Source of the DNA: a virus | Taxonomy: Duplodnaviria; Caudoviricetes | DNA length: 64,000 nt | Direction: 5' to 3' (one strand) | IMG/VR virus record: IMGVR_UViG_3300028593_000003 | Shown: positions 9,875 through 19,498 of the stretch, piece by piece | Layout of the letters: each line of letters begins with the position of its first letter | Position numbering within the stretch: the stretch's first letter is position 1 | Notes under the pieces: model-generated | Seen by the model: the letters and a program-made list of their open reading frames with translations, nothing else | What the model was told of the DNA's origin: nothing | The model's database searches: none | Program-made: the position numbers and the translations under genes

Positions 9875-10399
9875 TCATCCCGGCCCCCTGCTGTAGGTCA
9901 TATTCTTATCTGGCATCGTTGATTTGTAAATACAATTTTCATCTGCCCGGAGGCTGTCACCCTCAAACAGGGTGTAGCCACCATAGTAAAAATCAATACG
10001 GAGATATTTTCTCCTTATCTCCTGCGGGGGTTTCCAATCCTTTCTCCATATTCTCCAATCATTTTTTGGTTGTATAACCTCTTCTTGAACATAATAGGAA
10101 TAACAGAAATCACCCTCATACGGTGAACGGCCCGGTGTACCGGAAAACTCTATGGAGCCGGCGGTAGACGATGTTCCCATAAACAGATACCCACTTGGGG
10201 TTTCAGAAAATGTGGCCCGGATTTTCTCCATTTCCTCTTCAGCTTTTTTTCTTATTTCTTCTTTCCTTTTCTCTTCTTCTTCCTTCTTCTTCAGGTAAAT
10301 TTCCTTGTGTTTGTCGAAAATCCTCTTACCGTGCTTCACAAAGAAAGCAACTACTTCTTTCTCGTTCTCTCCATTATATGTTATAATTTCTGCTTCCAT
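9875..10399 (-). CDS. Hypothetical protein
   Basis: 174-aa ORF packed between neighbours. Confidence 0.6.
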   Translation of the reverse strand: MEAEIITYNGENEKEVVAFFVKHGKRIFDKHKEIYLKKKEEEEKRKEEIRKKAEEEMEKIRATFSETPSGYLFMGTSSTAGSIEFSGTPGRSPYEGDFCYSYYVQEEVIQPKNDWRIWRKDWKPPQEIRRKYLRIDFYYGGYTLFEGDSLRADENCIYKSTMPDKNMTYSRGPG

Positions 10400-10400
10400 C

Positions 10401-10844
10401 TTATACCCCGTATGTCAATGACCGTCTGGACGGGAGTGATACTTTCCACTTTCCCCTACTGTAATCTGAATAAACAACAATCCTTTCACAAAGGAAATGT
10501 AGTAAATCATCGTATATTTTTCTTGTCTCAAATCTCAACTTTTCATATCTTTTCACATATCTTTCTTCTTCATCGTCTATATAGATGTGCATTTCAGGGT
10601 CATTCATCAACGCCCATTCAATCGGCAGAGTGTGTATCTGGACTTTATCTTTTTTCCTTGTTACTCTTGCACCTATTATATTATAACAGTCCTCTCTCTC
10701 ATCCCTGATAAGGACTTCATACCAACCGTCATAATATCCCGGCTCTGTGTCAACATAGTGTATGTCTACATTACCCACTACACACTCAAGTTTACCGGAA
10801 GGGTCTGCTTCTTTCAATTGTCTTATAAGTTCTTTTGTTTTCAT
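10401..10844 (-). CDS. Hypothetical phage protein
   Basis: MKTKELIRQL.EADP start typical of small phage proteins; ATGA coupling. Confidence 0.65.
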   Translation of the reverse strand: MKTKELIRQLKEADPSGKLECVVGNVDIHYVDTEPGYYDGWYEVLIRDEREDCYNIIGARVTRKKDKVQIHTLPIEWALMNDPEMHIYIDDEEERYVKRYEKLRFETRKIYDDLLHFLCERIVVYSDYSRGKWKVSLPSRRSLTYGV

Positions 10845-11065
10845 ATTTCAAACAACTCTTTGTCCAGAAAGACATCATACATTTCATAGGGCACACAATC
10901 ATTACACCGGACAAATCTGGATGTCTTGTGTGATGACTGTTCGCTATAAAGAACCTCATACCATCCCTCACCGGATCTATCAAACAGGATTTCCGGATTT
11001 ACATGGAATACTTTCCCCATACAATCAGAATACCAGAGATCGGGATAAAAAATTTTCACTCTCAT
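10841..11065 (-). CDS. Small SH3-like protein (WY.D..G..F.V family)
   Basis: Paralog of 11683 and 11895; ends LDKELFEI. Confidence 0.65.
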   Translation of the reverse strand: MRVKIFYPDLWYSDCMGKVFHVNPEILFDRSGEGWYEVLYSEQSSHKTSRFVRCNDCVPYEMYDVFLDKELFEI

Positions 11066-11256
11066 ATCTCAATCTACTGCCCAATCTTCTTTCACAATCT
11101 TGACACCAAATTTCTTTGCCCATTGTGTTGCATTACGTCTGGTATGATTTATAGTTGGAAAGGTAGCATCGTTGTTTATATACAGGTCATCCCGTATAAT
11201 TATACTCCAAGTATAACCGTCCAGAGTGAGCTTTTCAATTATAAGTAATTTTCCTT

Positions 11257-11481
11257 TCATATCTCAAATAGGCTCTCATCAAGAAAGTATTTTGTCGTGG
11301 GCACACAAAACTCAGCCAGAATGAACTTTCTTTTACCGGATGTGACTATTTCGTAGTATTTGACACCCGCTTTGGTGAAGTATGGAGTATCATAAACATC
11401 CAGTATTGACCCCTCTTTCACAAGATTATGGCCCGCCAGGAGGACTTGTTTGATAGTTTTCACAGTTTTCATTTCAATCAC
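11257..11481 (-). CDS. Small SH3-like protein
   Basis: Beta-rich; ends LDESLFEI. Confidence 0.6.
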   Translation of the reverse strand: MIEMKTVKTIKQVLLAGHNLVKEGSILDVYDTPYFTKAGVKYYEIVTSGKRKFILAEFCVPTTKYFLDESLFEI

Positions 11482-11682
11482 TTTCTATTGAAAGGATACA
11501 GTTCTGGTTGTTTTCTTCTGTTTGACATCGACAAGCTGATAAATTGCTACTTCCCCGTCCTCGATACTATCTGGATCATCATCTGCCAAAAAATAGTATC
11601 CTTCACCATCATCTTCTTTCACCACATACATCGTATTGGGATATTTTACTTTCTTTTCTTTCTTTTTCATAAGCCTCTCCTA

Positions 11683-11892
11683 TTATATTTCAAATAATTT
11701 GGGGTCAAGGACAAATTTGTCCGCGAGCTCCCCTATAAGAATAACATCTTCTTTTCGTATAAAGCCATAACTACCGTCCGCCCTCACATAATAACGAAGA
11801 TCGGTAGGATCTTCTTTCACCTCAAAGACATTACCGATTTTATCGGCATACCAAGCGGCCTCTTTTTTCGCCTTTATAATTTTGACTTTCAA
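11683..11892 (-). CDS. Small SH3-like protein
   Basis: WYADKIGNVFEV; ends LDPKLFEI. Confidence 0.65.
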   Translation of the reverse strand: MKVKIIKAKKEAAWYADKIGNVFEVKEDPTDLRYYVRADGSYGFIRKEDVILIGELADKFVLDPKLFEI

Positions 11893-11894
11893 TT

Positions 11895-12104
11895 TTATAC
11901 CTCAAACAGTTTATCATCTACGGTACTTTCAAGAATAATCTCTACATCCTTCTTGTGAAAACCGTGACTACTGTGAAGAAGGACAAAATATTCATCGGGA
12001 GCGTAGGCATAATCTCTTACAAAAAAAGATTCTCCTATCTTGTCTTTATACCACGCACCCCTTTCGGAATAGCTAACTACTTTTATCAGGTATCTTTTTT
12101 CCAT
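11895..12104 (-). CDS. Small SH3-like protein
   Basis: WYKDKIGESFFV; ends VDDKLFEV. Confidence 0.65.
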   Translation of the reverse strand: MEKRYLIKVVSYSERGAWYKDKIGESFFVRDYAYAPDEYFVLLHSSHGFHKKDVEIILESTVDDKLFEV

Positions 12105-12232
12105 TTATAGTCTTTCCACAATTTGGGCACACAGGGTTCCAGTTCGCCCTGTCGGGAAATTTCGGTGTGAGTATCAATTGCCACAGATTTCCACAGCACT
12201 TCCACTCAACAATTGTCCACGAACCCCTTCTG

Positions 12233-12595
12233 TCAGTTATTTTCATCATAATGCCAGTTTACCTGCCAATCTTTCCATTCCATCACTTCCCGATATTTCT
12301 CGACATCGTAAACCATCTGTTCCATATTCCATACCCCGATATTCCAGAGCATCCGGTTGAAGCTCCACAAAACTTTCTGGAAAACATAATCGAGTTCTTC
12401 TTCCGAAGGAAGATTTTTGATATCATCGGCCGATTTTATTTTTTCGGCCAGCTGGATAAAATAAACCTGTGCGGCCGTACCATAGGTACTATATTTCCTG
12501 TAGACCCACCAGCACCGTATACAGAGAAAAACCAAAAAGAGAAGCCAGACAACAAGAAATGTGACAAGAAGCATCAAGGGGTCAAGTATCATAAT
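12233..12595 (-). CDS. Membrane protein (N-terminal TM helix)
   Basis: Hydrophobic N-terminus downstream of the promoter at 12620-12648 with GGAGG RBS; start approximate. Confidence 0.55.
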   Translation of the reverse strand: MMILDPLMLLVTFLVVWLLFLVFLCIRCWWVYRKYSTYGTAAQVYFIQLAEKIKSADDIKNLPSEEELDYVFQKVLWSFNRMLWNIGVWNMEQMVYDVEKYREVMEWKDWQVNWHYDENN

Positions 12596-12619
12596 ATCCT
12601 CCACACTTTTATTTGTATT

Positions 12620-12648
12620 ATTATACCATATTTCGGCAGACAAGTAAA
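12620..12648 (-). promoter_or_regulatory. Early promoter (T4-early-like)
   Basis: GTTTACT-17 nt-TATAAT with extended -10 TG. Confidence 0.75.
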
Positions 12649-12667
12649 CAAGTATATGTATAAACAC

Positions 12668-12699
12668 AAACCCTTGAAACATAGGGTTCTCAAGGGTTT
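12668..12699 (-). terminator. Hairpin, probable terminator
   Basis: AAACCCTTGA...TCAAGGGTTT inverted repeat in an intergenic gap. Confidence 0.45.
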
Positions 12700-12836
12700 C
12701 GGCGGTTTGTATTTCCTACTGTGCCAATCAATAAAACACCGGAAAATATAGGGGTTTTCATAGAACGGGGCCAAGTCAAAAATCCAATGAAAACGAGTAG
12801 TTATAGAGGTCGATTTCGTGACAAAAATATCGTATT

Positions 12837-13142
12837 TTATGATATTTTGAACAAATCGTCTGACAGAGATAAATCGATCAAATCATCCGGTTGGAAACCA
12901 AATGACTTTTGGATGTGTCCATTTGTAAAATGCCTCGGTTCATCAAACTCCACAATAATGCCCAGATATTTACCACTATTACTTATCACCTTACCCGTTT
13001 CATCATAGAAGAAATGAAAATCCTGGCAAGGTGTTATTACTCGTACCGAAGTTCCTACGGGGAACATTTCAAATGTATTATCGAGTGTATTGTATTTTTT
13101 CTTTTTCTCCATCATCACATCATAAACACTTGGCATAAACAT
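12837..13142 (-). CDS. SH3-like hypothetical protein
   Basis: AGGAG RBS before ATG 13142; FPVGTSVRV...G.VI...VEFD; ends LSDDLFKIS. Confidence 0.6.
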   Translation of the reverse strand: MFMPSVYDVMMEKKKKYNTLDNTFEMFPVGTSVRVITPCQDFHFFYDETGKVISNSGKYLGIIVEFDEPRHFTNGHIQKSFGFQPDDLIDLSLSDDLFKIS

Positions 13143-13146
13143 TCTC

Positions 13147-13533
13147 CTATCGAGTTTCAACTGTAACAATATAAATCATTCGAAGGGCTTTTTCCCATTC
13201 CTTTATCGGGTTATTTTTTTCTTTCCTTCTCTTCCAGTAAGAGTATTCCCACCGTTTGTAAACATTTTGGAACCAATCTTGTCCGTTTTCTTTTCTTTCG
13301 ATAACGATATTTACCTTGTCTCCCGGCTTTATGGACGGAACCTTCTTGGATTTTGGTGATGAATTATAACCGATACCACCGTTATATCCTATGACATAAT
13401 TTATACCATCATTCTTGTTGTGATACAGAATATAAATATATTTCGGGTCTGCGTCTACTATTTCTCCTTCAATAATATAATCACGAAATACTATTTCTTT
13501 TTCTGACGAGTAATTCAGTATATCCTCAAACAT
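13147..13533 (-). CDS. Hypothetical protein, possibly OB-fold (MFEDIL start)
   Basis: GGAG RBS; IKPGDKVNIVIE motif. Confidence 0.55.
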   Translation of the reverse strand: MFEDILNYSSEKEIVFRDYIIEGEIVDADPKYIYILYHNKNDGINYVIGYNGGIGYNSSPKSKKVPSIKPGDKVNIVIERKENGQDWFQNVYKRWEYSYWKRRKEKNNPIKEWEKALRMIYIVTVETR

Positions 13534-13962
13534 TATTATCACTCCACATTTTCAGATGGATTTTATCCTTCGTGATGAGGGCCAACCACTTGATAGGTGT
13601 AGGTTGAACAGACCAGTAGACATCATTCCTTATTATTTCCAGAAGCCTCTCCTGTGAAAGGTCTGTATCAACTTCCTTCCTCACCTTTTGTCCTTTATGT
13701 TCCACAATCAGTTTCATTACGAAAATAGCTTCCAGATATATCCGACAACGACAATAACAGCCACAAAAATCAAACAGTATAGTGCCCAGAGGGCCAGACT
13801 TTTTCCCTGTTCCATATTACTTCTCCTCTTTTTCTTCTTTTATATTCGTTTTTGTGGCCTTCAGAGTGGTTCGACATTTTTTACATTGGTAAACCGGAAT
13901 GTAGGCTTCTCCATCTCTTTCCAGTTTTATTACTTCTACTCTTCCGCCACACTTACAAACAA

Positions 13963-14190
13963 TCATTTCCTGTGTTGCCTCCACAAAAACATACAGAAAT
14001 TTGCCACATCTACTTCTTCATTGTACCCAAGAAGTAGACGGCCGGCGTGATAGTGTATTCTCATCAGGATTTCATCTCTGGGCATTGTCTCCCAACCTTC
14101 AAACCCCTCTTCATACTTTTCTACCAGTTTTTCCTTCATTTCCTTGGAGAACCCATCAACACAAGTTTCCAGTTTTTCCTTCTCTTTCAT
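13963..14190 (-). CDS. MazG-like/dNTP pyrophosphohydrolase-like small protein
   Basis: EMKEKL...GW...EVDVANFCMFLW motif. Confidence 0.5.
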   Translation of the reverse strand: MKEKEKLETCVDGFSKEMKEKLVEKYEEGFEGWETMPRDEILMRIHYHAGRLLLGYNEEVDVANFCMFLWRQHRK

Positions 14191-14424
14191 ATTACCTCTA
14201 TTTCTGGATGTTTATATCTATATCATCATCTTCGGTGACATCACCGCTAAATTCCATTTCATTGAATAGCCTCAAAAGAGATTTTGAAATCGTTCTGGAT
14301 AATCTGTCATCTCCATCTCTCAATTTATCCAGTTCTTCCATAGAAAACTCCACATTTGCCATCATTATGGGGTATCTCTTTCCCGTTTCCTCGTCTTTCT
14401 CAAATCTTTTTGTAAATGATACTT

Positions 14425-14667
14425 TCATTTTTTCTCTTCCTTATTTTCAAGTGGGGTAGTCGAAACAAATACTATAAACTCTTGGTCGCAATTCGAGCAA
14501 AAAACAAGAGTTGAAACATCGTATACCTTCCCATCTGCTGCGGGCTTACCATAAGCTCTATCTTTTATCAATAAGATATCATCACAGCCGCACTTTGGGC
14601 ATACAATTTTCATAATGAGGCTATGTCTTTCCGGCCCACTCTTTTTATTCACAATATCATCAAACAT
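14425..14667 (-). CDS. Zn-ribbon protein (MFDDI start)
   Basis: CPKC...CSNC; AGGAG RBS; paralog of 14679-14915. Confidence 0.7.
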   Translation of the reverse strand: MFDDIVNKKSGPERHSLIMKIVCPKCGCDDILLIKDRAYGKPAADGKVYDVSTLVFCSNCDQEFIVFVSTTPLENKEEKK

Positions 14668-14678
14668 TTTATATTCTC

Positions 14679-14915
14679 CTATTTTTTGGGCGAGACAAAA
14701 ATCCTCACATCCATAATAAAACTTGAAAGACAATAATTACAAATATATTCAAACACGGTTATGCGGTCTGTGGTTGGATTATTTGGATTATGGGTGGAAC
14801 TGATTGTTGACATCAATGTCAGGTTGTCAGATGAACAGATAGGGCAATAGATATCAAGATGGTAAGGTTGTCGAACATCTATTTTCTTGTCTTTTCCCGT
14901 TATATCATCAAACAT
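14679..14915 (-). CDS. Zn-ribbon protein (MFDDI start)
   Basis: CPIC...CNYC; paralog of 14425-14667. Confidence 0.7.
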   Translation of the reverse strand: MFDDITGKDKKIDVRQPYHLDIYCPICSSDNLTLMSTISSTHNPNNPTTDRITVFEYICNYCLSSFIMDVRIFVSPKK

Positions 14916-15890
14916 CTTACTCTTCCTTATGAGGAAATCTCGATTTGTTTTCTTTCTTCAGGCTTATGTGAACCCGTAAAATATCTTCAAAGGGGTCACC
15001 GTTGTTTCTTACACCGCTTCTGTTTGTTTGTTCTTTCGAATTCCAGAATAATTCAATTTCAATACTGTGTGGTATCAATCCCACTCTATCTCTCAATTCT
15101 CTCAAAGCTTCTTTTATTTTACATTCACACTTCTCAACTTCGTTGACGATTAACCTTTGTAACATATCATTTCAAGCTCCCTGATTTCAATAGATATATC
15201 AAAAAACTGGCTAATCCTATTGCCGATATGAGGTAGATAATCATTATCATACCCCCCCAAAAGGTTGTAATAATACTTTTGATTAAAAGATAAAATAGTC
15301 TCATTTTACATTATCTTTCTTTGGAATGCCAAAACTATTCAATGGCCGAAAAACTACCCTGTTGCATTTCAGACAAACAACAAGGTCACCGATAGTGATA
15401 AATCTGTTTTGTTTACCACTACCGTCCATACCGGCTATAGGAAAATCTCTCCAATGCCCTCGGTGAAACAAAAAACATAATATTTTCTTCATATTATATC
15501 ACATCTTCTCTTACAAGTAAATACGCGGTTATGGCAAATCTTATTCTTTCCCACATTTTGTCACGATCTTCCATCGTTTTGAACGACCAATAAATCTTGT
15601 CGTTGGGGATATAAAAGACAATTGTAAAGTAATTATCACGGGCTGTATCAATCTTTTTCATTTCACAGACCTGATATAAATTCACAATACTGTTTTTATA
15701 TTCTATGAACATCTTATTTCTCCTTTATTTCCACTATCTTATCCACTTCAAAGTGGTAGCGCAAATCTTCACCAAAGTAAATTTCCACAGTTTTCTTTTT
15801 GGGGTTTATTTTTGCGGTGGATTTTACCTTGATATTATAATAACCAGCTGGATCATATACGGATTTTTGTTTGAACATATCTACTCCTAT

Positions 15891-15919
15891 ATTATATCAC
15901 GGCGGGGGGATTGCGTAAA
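15891..15919 (-). promoter_or_regulatory. Early promoter at the head of the leftward operon
   Basis: TTTACG-17 nt-TATAAT with extended -10 TG; ATG with AGGAG RBS at 15878. Confidence 0.7.
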
Positions 15920-16001
15920 TAACATTATTATTTATCATAAATATAGGTGAAAGATCGTTTGGTGGAGATCCACCGAAAATAAGAAGCGGAGGTATGAACT
16001 T

Positions 16002-16205
16002 ATGTTTAATCCTTTCAACATTCTCGTGGCTGTAGCCGTTGTGGCTGTAGCCGTGGCCGTGGGTCTTTTCCTTGTATGGAGAAATAACAAGGTAAAGTTT
16101 GTCGCCGTTATGGCTGTACTGGATGAACTCATCAGCGGTAAGGTTGATGAGGCGGCGGTAAAAGCGGCCGTGGAGAAAATCAAAGAAATCCTTGGTAAGA
16201 AGTAG
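16002..16205 (+). CDS. Small single-TM membrane protein, likely late
   Basis: GGAGG RBS; hydrophobic N-terminus; CATAAATA at 15936-15943; followed by a terminator. Confidence 0.7.
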   Translation: MFNPFNILVAVAVVAVAVAVGLFLVWRNNKVKFVAVMAVLDELISGKVDEAAVKAAVEKIKEILGKK

Positions 16206-16217
16206 TTTTCTTACAGG

Positions 16218-16241
16218 CGGGGGGATCAATTCCCCCCGTTT
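16218..16241 (+). terminator. Rho-independent terminator
   Basis: CGGGGGGA-tcaat-TCCCCCCG followed by TTT. Confidence 0.65.
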
Positions 16242-16267
16242 ACTTTCCTTCCCCCGTGTGATATAAT
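16239..16267 (+). promoter_or_regulatory. Early promoter for the dCMP deaminase operon
   Basis: GTTTACT-17 nt-TATAAT with TGTG upstream of the -10. Confidence 0.75.
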
Positions 16268-16284
16268 TTGTAAAGAGGTGTCAT

Positions 16285-16803
16285 ATGAACAAATCACTAA
16301 TAAGATGGGATAGCTACTTTCGTGGTCTGACCATATCAATCGCACAAAACAGTCAATGTCTTTCAAGAAAAATTGGGGCAATCATCGTTTTGGACAAGTC
16401 CATTATCTCCACCGGATACAATGGGCCCCCAAGGGGAGTTCCCCCCTGTGATGAAAGATGGGGGAAAGATCATTCTCTGGAATATGATTTTCCAGAGAAA
16501 GTGAGACAGGGGAAGTGTCCGAGAAAAGTGATGGGGTATGAAAGTGGTCAGGGGCTTGAGTATTGTATCGCCGGCCACGGGGAACGAAACGCCCTCATCA
16601 ATGCCGCTCGACACGGTATAGCCGTGAAAGGGGCGACAATGTATTGTAACTGCCCCATACCCTGTACACCTTGTCTTGTGGAAATTATCAACGCAGGTAT
16701 TATCGAAATTGTTGTCACAAGTCTTGAGACATACGACAAAACATCGGAATATCTTATAATGCAAAGTGGAATAGTTGTGAGGAAATATTATGGTAGTATG
16801 TGA
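16285..16803 (+). CDS. cd: dCMP deaminase
   Basis: GYNG.P.G, HGERNA and PCTPC zinc-deaminase motifs. Confidence 0.92.
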   Translation: MNKSLIRWDSYFRGLTISIAQNSQCLSRKIGAIIVLDKSIISTGYNGPPRGVPPCDERWGKDHSLEYDFPEKVRQGKCPRKVMGYESGQGLEYCIAGHGERNALINAARHGIAVKGATMYCNCPIPCTPCLVEIINAGIIEIVVTSLETYDKTSEYLIMQSGIVVRKYYGSM

Positions 16804-17323
16804 AATACATAAAACAAGAGACAAATATAAAACAACGGCACAATTTATGTTTGATAGACATATGTTTGAGGAAGTAAGCGGAAATGTAAGACTGCTTCTA
16901 CCGGAACCTATGAGACACGGGGAAATAGAAATAAACAGGGATGAAGTTAGTTTCAATTTATATGTGAATGTCACACAAGACCAGTATTTATTGACAGCTT
17001 ATACACAAGACAAAAAAACGAGATTTGATGCCTGGCAGTCATCAAATAACATTATTTTACAGTTCCACGATGGGGGAACCCATTGGCACGAATTTACCAG
17101 AACCATCTCCATATGTACAACTGCTAGAAGCCCAAGTGGAAATATAACCATCCTGTTACCGGAACACACTTGTGATGAGATAAAAGCCGCGGCAGATGAA
17201 TACAATACAATGCTCACAAACAATATGAGGGGGGAGGATTTACATTTCGGAAGAAAAATTGATGTACCCGATTTAAGGAAGGATATGAATTACATTCCAG
17301 ATTTTCTATTCAAAATAGAATGA
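16790..17323 (+). CDS. Hypothetical protein; C-terminal half resembles the 5100/6228 family
   Basis: SSNNIIL...AADEYN; ends IPDFLFKIE. Confidence 0.65.
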   Translation: MVVCEIHKTRDKYKTTAQFMFDRHMFEEVSGNVRLLLPEPMRHGEIEINRDEVSFNLYVNVTQDQYLLTAYTQDKKTRFDAWQSSNNIILQFHDGGTHWHEFTRTISICTTARSPSGNITILLPEHTCDEIKAAADEYNTMLTNNMRGEDLHFGRKIDVPDLRKDMNYIPDFLFKIE

Positions 17324-17333
17324 GGAGGTAAAT

Positions 17334-17555
17334 TTGAGAAAAAGACTGAAGAAGAAATTGAGGAGTTGCCCGAGTTGCAAACCACACAAGACACACGGTG
17401 CTCCAAGATGGAAAAACAAAGACCTTTATGAACTCAAATTAGCGGAGGATGAAATTTTAGAAACAAAAAAGAAAACACCAACGGAAGTATTGGAAGAAAC
17501 GGATTTTGGTATACCAACAAAATACGACAAAGTTTCCGGAATAATTATTCAGTAA
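17334..17555 (+). CDS. Small basic protein with CxxCxxH
   Basis: GAGGAGG RBS; SCPSCKPHK. Confidence 0.65.
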   Translation: MRKRLKKKLRSCPSCKPHKTHGAPRWKNKDLYELKLAEDEILETKKKTPTEVLEETDFGIPTKYDKVSGIIIQ

Positions 17556-17582
17556 ACCCGAAAATAGGGTAAAAAAGATGGT

Positions 17583-17611
17583 GAGGCGGAAGAAATTCCG
17601 CCTCTTTTTTT
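17583..17611 (+). terminator. Rho-independent terminator
   Basis: GAGGCGGAA-gaaa-TTCCGCCTC followed by T7. Confidence 0.85.
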
Positions 17612-17612
17612 G

Positions 17613-17620
17613 CATAAATA
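17613..17620 (+). promoter_or_regulatory. T4-late-like promoter (CATAAATA) at the head of the glycosylation island
   Basis: One mismatch to the T4 gp55 consensus TATAAATA; immediately after a terminator; the same octamer precedes the tail sheath gene. Confidence 0.6.
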
Positions 17621-17625
17621 TTAGC

Positions 17626-17811
17626 GTGGAAAGAATAAAACTGCACGACAAAATAAAAGTAAACAGAAGTAACCATCCTATGTATGGTTTGAGAGGAAAA
17701 GTTGTGGGAATAAGGGGTGAAATAGAACCGGGCAATTTTTGGCTTTTGATCTATTTTCCTTCCCACCAAAGAAGTTTTCTTGTACCAGAAATATATGTAG
17801 AAAAGGAGTAA
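17626..17811 (+). CDS. Small KOW/SH3-like protein
   Basis: HPMYGLRGKVVGI; GTG start after the late promoter. Confidence 0.55.
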   Translation: MERIKLHDKIKVNRSNHPMYGLRGKVVGIRGEIEPGNFWLLIYFPSHQRSFLVPEIYVEKE

Positions 17812-17814
17812 GTT

Positions 17815-18765
17815 ATGTCAGAAAGGGTAGTGTGGTGGAACGGTAAATTCATACCGGAGAGGGAAGCTCGTGTCAGTATCTATGATAGCGCCCTGATGTT
17901 TGGCGATATGGTATTTGAAATGACACGATCTTTCAAGAAAAAACATTTCAAACTCGATGAACATATCCAAAGACTTCTCGATTCTGCGAAGTACATTCGT
18001 CTGGAAATCCCCTATTCAAAGATAGATTTGATTGATGCCTGTGTGGCGACTGCCTTGATGAATGACCGAGAATTCAATCCAGACGATGAACATCGGTTGA
18101 TGATAAATGTCACACGGGGATTATTATCAATCTATCGGGGTATCGACCTTGAAGAGAAGGGGCCGAATGTCATCATAGCGGATTTCCCCTTGAGGTGGAC
18201 GGTACAGGGTATGGGGAAACTGTTTGACACCGGGGTAAATGCTGTCACGCCAAATCAGAGAGCCATCCCGGCAAGATATCTGGAACCCAAAGTGAAAAAT
18301 AGGTCAAGACTTCACTACTTGATGGCAAATATCGAAGTTTCGCAATACAAGGGAGAAAATAACTGGGCCCTCTTACTGGACGATGACGGGTTCGTTACAG
18401 AAGGTACTGGGGCAAATTTCTTCATCCTCGAAAAGTCAGGTAGATTGATAACATCTCACGGAAGAAATGTCTTGAGGGGCATCAGCCGGGCCTATGTAAA
18501 AACTTTGAAATCGACATTTGAAAAAAATATCGAATTATATGATGTAATGATGGCAGATGAAGCTTTCTACACGGGAACTCCTTTCTGTATTATGCCCTGT
18601 ACATCTATAAACGGGGAAAAAATCGGCAATGGGAAAGTTGGGCCAGTCACAAAGGAGCTCTTGAAACTTTGGGGAAAGAATGTGGGCATAAATATTGTAG
18701 ACCAAATCAAAAAATGGGATGAGGATAGTGTAAAGGACGGTGCCACACCATATGCTTTCAAATAA
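17815..18765 (+). CDS. PLP-dependent class IV aminotransferase (IlvE/D-amino-acid transaminase family)
   Basis: FGDMVFE, catalytic K in KVKNRSRL, EGTGANFF, L.GISR, ADEAF.TGT. Confidence 0.9.
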   Translation: MSERVVWWNGKFIPEREARVSIYDSALMFGDMVFEMTRSFKKKHFKLDEHIQRLLDSAKYIRLEIPYSKIDLIDACVATALMNDREFNPDDEHRLMINVTRGLLSIYRGIDLEEKGPNVIIADFPLRWTVQGMGKLFDTGVNAVTPNQRAIPARYLEPKVKNRSRLHYLMANIEVSQYKGENNWALLLDDDGFVTEGTGANFFILEKSGRLITSHGRNVLRGISRAYVKTLKSTFEKNIELYDVMMADEAFYTGTPFCIMPCTSINGEKIGNGKVGPVTKELLKLWGKNVGINIVDQIKKWDEDSVKDGATPYAFK

Positions 18766-19498
18766 TCCAATTGTAGATATTACAATTACAACCTACAATA
18801 CGGAGAAATATATCGAGGAATGTGTGAATAGTGTCCTGTCACAGTCTTATAAAAACTGGAAAATATATTTTGTGGATGACTGTTCGACAGACAATACGGT
18901 AAACAAAATATCTTCTCTTGGTTTGGATGAAAGACACTTTCTATGTGTTTTAAATAAAAATTATGGTTATGGAAAATCCTTGAAAACGGCTATTGAAATG
19001 GGAAGAGGTGAATTGGTGGCGGTTTTGGACTCGGACGATTATTTGTCAAGGCCGGATGCCTTGGAAATAATGGTCAGAGAACATCAAAAATATCTCGATG
19101 CCTCTCTTATATATAGTAATTATTATAGGCTGTATAATGGAGCCAAGCATTTAGTAAAAAGTCGGGCATTAAAATCAAATGAAAAATATTGTGAAAAGCA
19201 AAATATTAAACCAAAATTAAATATTAGTCACTTCAAAGTTTTCAAAAGAAAATATTATGAGATGACAGAGAGATTGGATGACACTTTAATTAAATCTGTA
19301 GATAAGGATTTGATACTAAAATTGGAGGAGGTCGGACTATTAAAATATATCCCATATGATCTTTATATTTATCGTGTAAGGGATGATAGTATTTCAAACC
19401 TATATAAAAAACTTCCAGAAGAGGAAAAGAAAAAATTATTAAAAATTAAAAAACAACTGTTTGAAAGGAAAAAAAATGAAAATATACACAGACAGTAA
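18752..19498 (+). CDS. Glycosyltransferase family 2
   Basis: TYN.EKYI.ECV.SVL.Q, VDDCSTD, LDSDD. Confidence 0.9.
   Translation: MLSNNPIVDITITTYNTEKYIEECVNSVLSQSYKNWKIYFVDDCSTDNTVNKISSLGLDERHFLCVLNKNYGYGKSLKTAIEMGRGELVAVLDSDDYLSRPDALEIMVREHQKYLDASLIYSNYYRLYNGAKHLVKSRALKSNEKYCEKQNIKPKLNISHFKVFKRKYYEMTERLDDTLIKSVDKDLILKLEEVGLLKYIPYDLYIYRVRDDSISNLYKKLPEEEKKKLLKIKKQLFERKKNENIHRQ

Larger units (their letters stand above)
121..15878 (-). other. Early/accessory region of tandem small minus-strand ORFs, mostly hypothetical
   Basis: Abutting or overlapping start/stop codons with AGGAG-type RBSs on the minus strand; sigma70-like promoters at 2831-2859, 12620-12648 and 15891-15919. Confidence 0.9.

Noticed and set aside
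49-15950. Numerous plus-strand ORFs in the early region, and antisense ORFs over structural genes
   Set aside because: They are shadows of well-packed opposite-strand genes, rich in F/S/L and lacking RBSs
16026-16061. Tandem GTGGCTGTAGCC repeat
   Set aside because: It simply encodes the VAVAV transmembrane segment of the 67-aa protein
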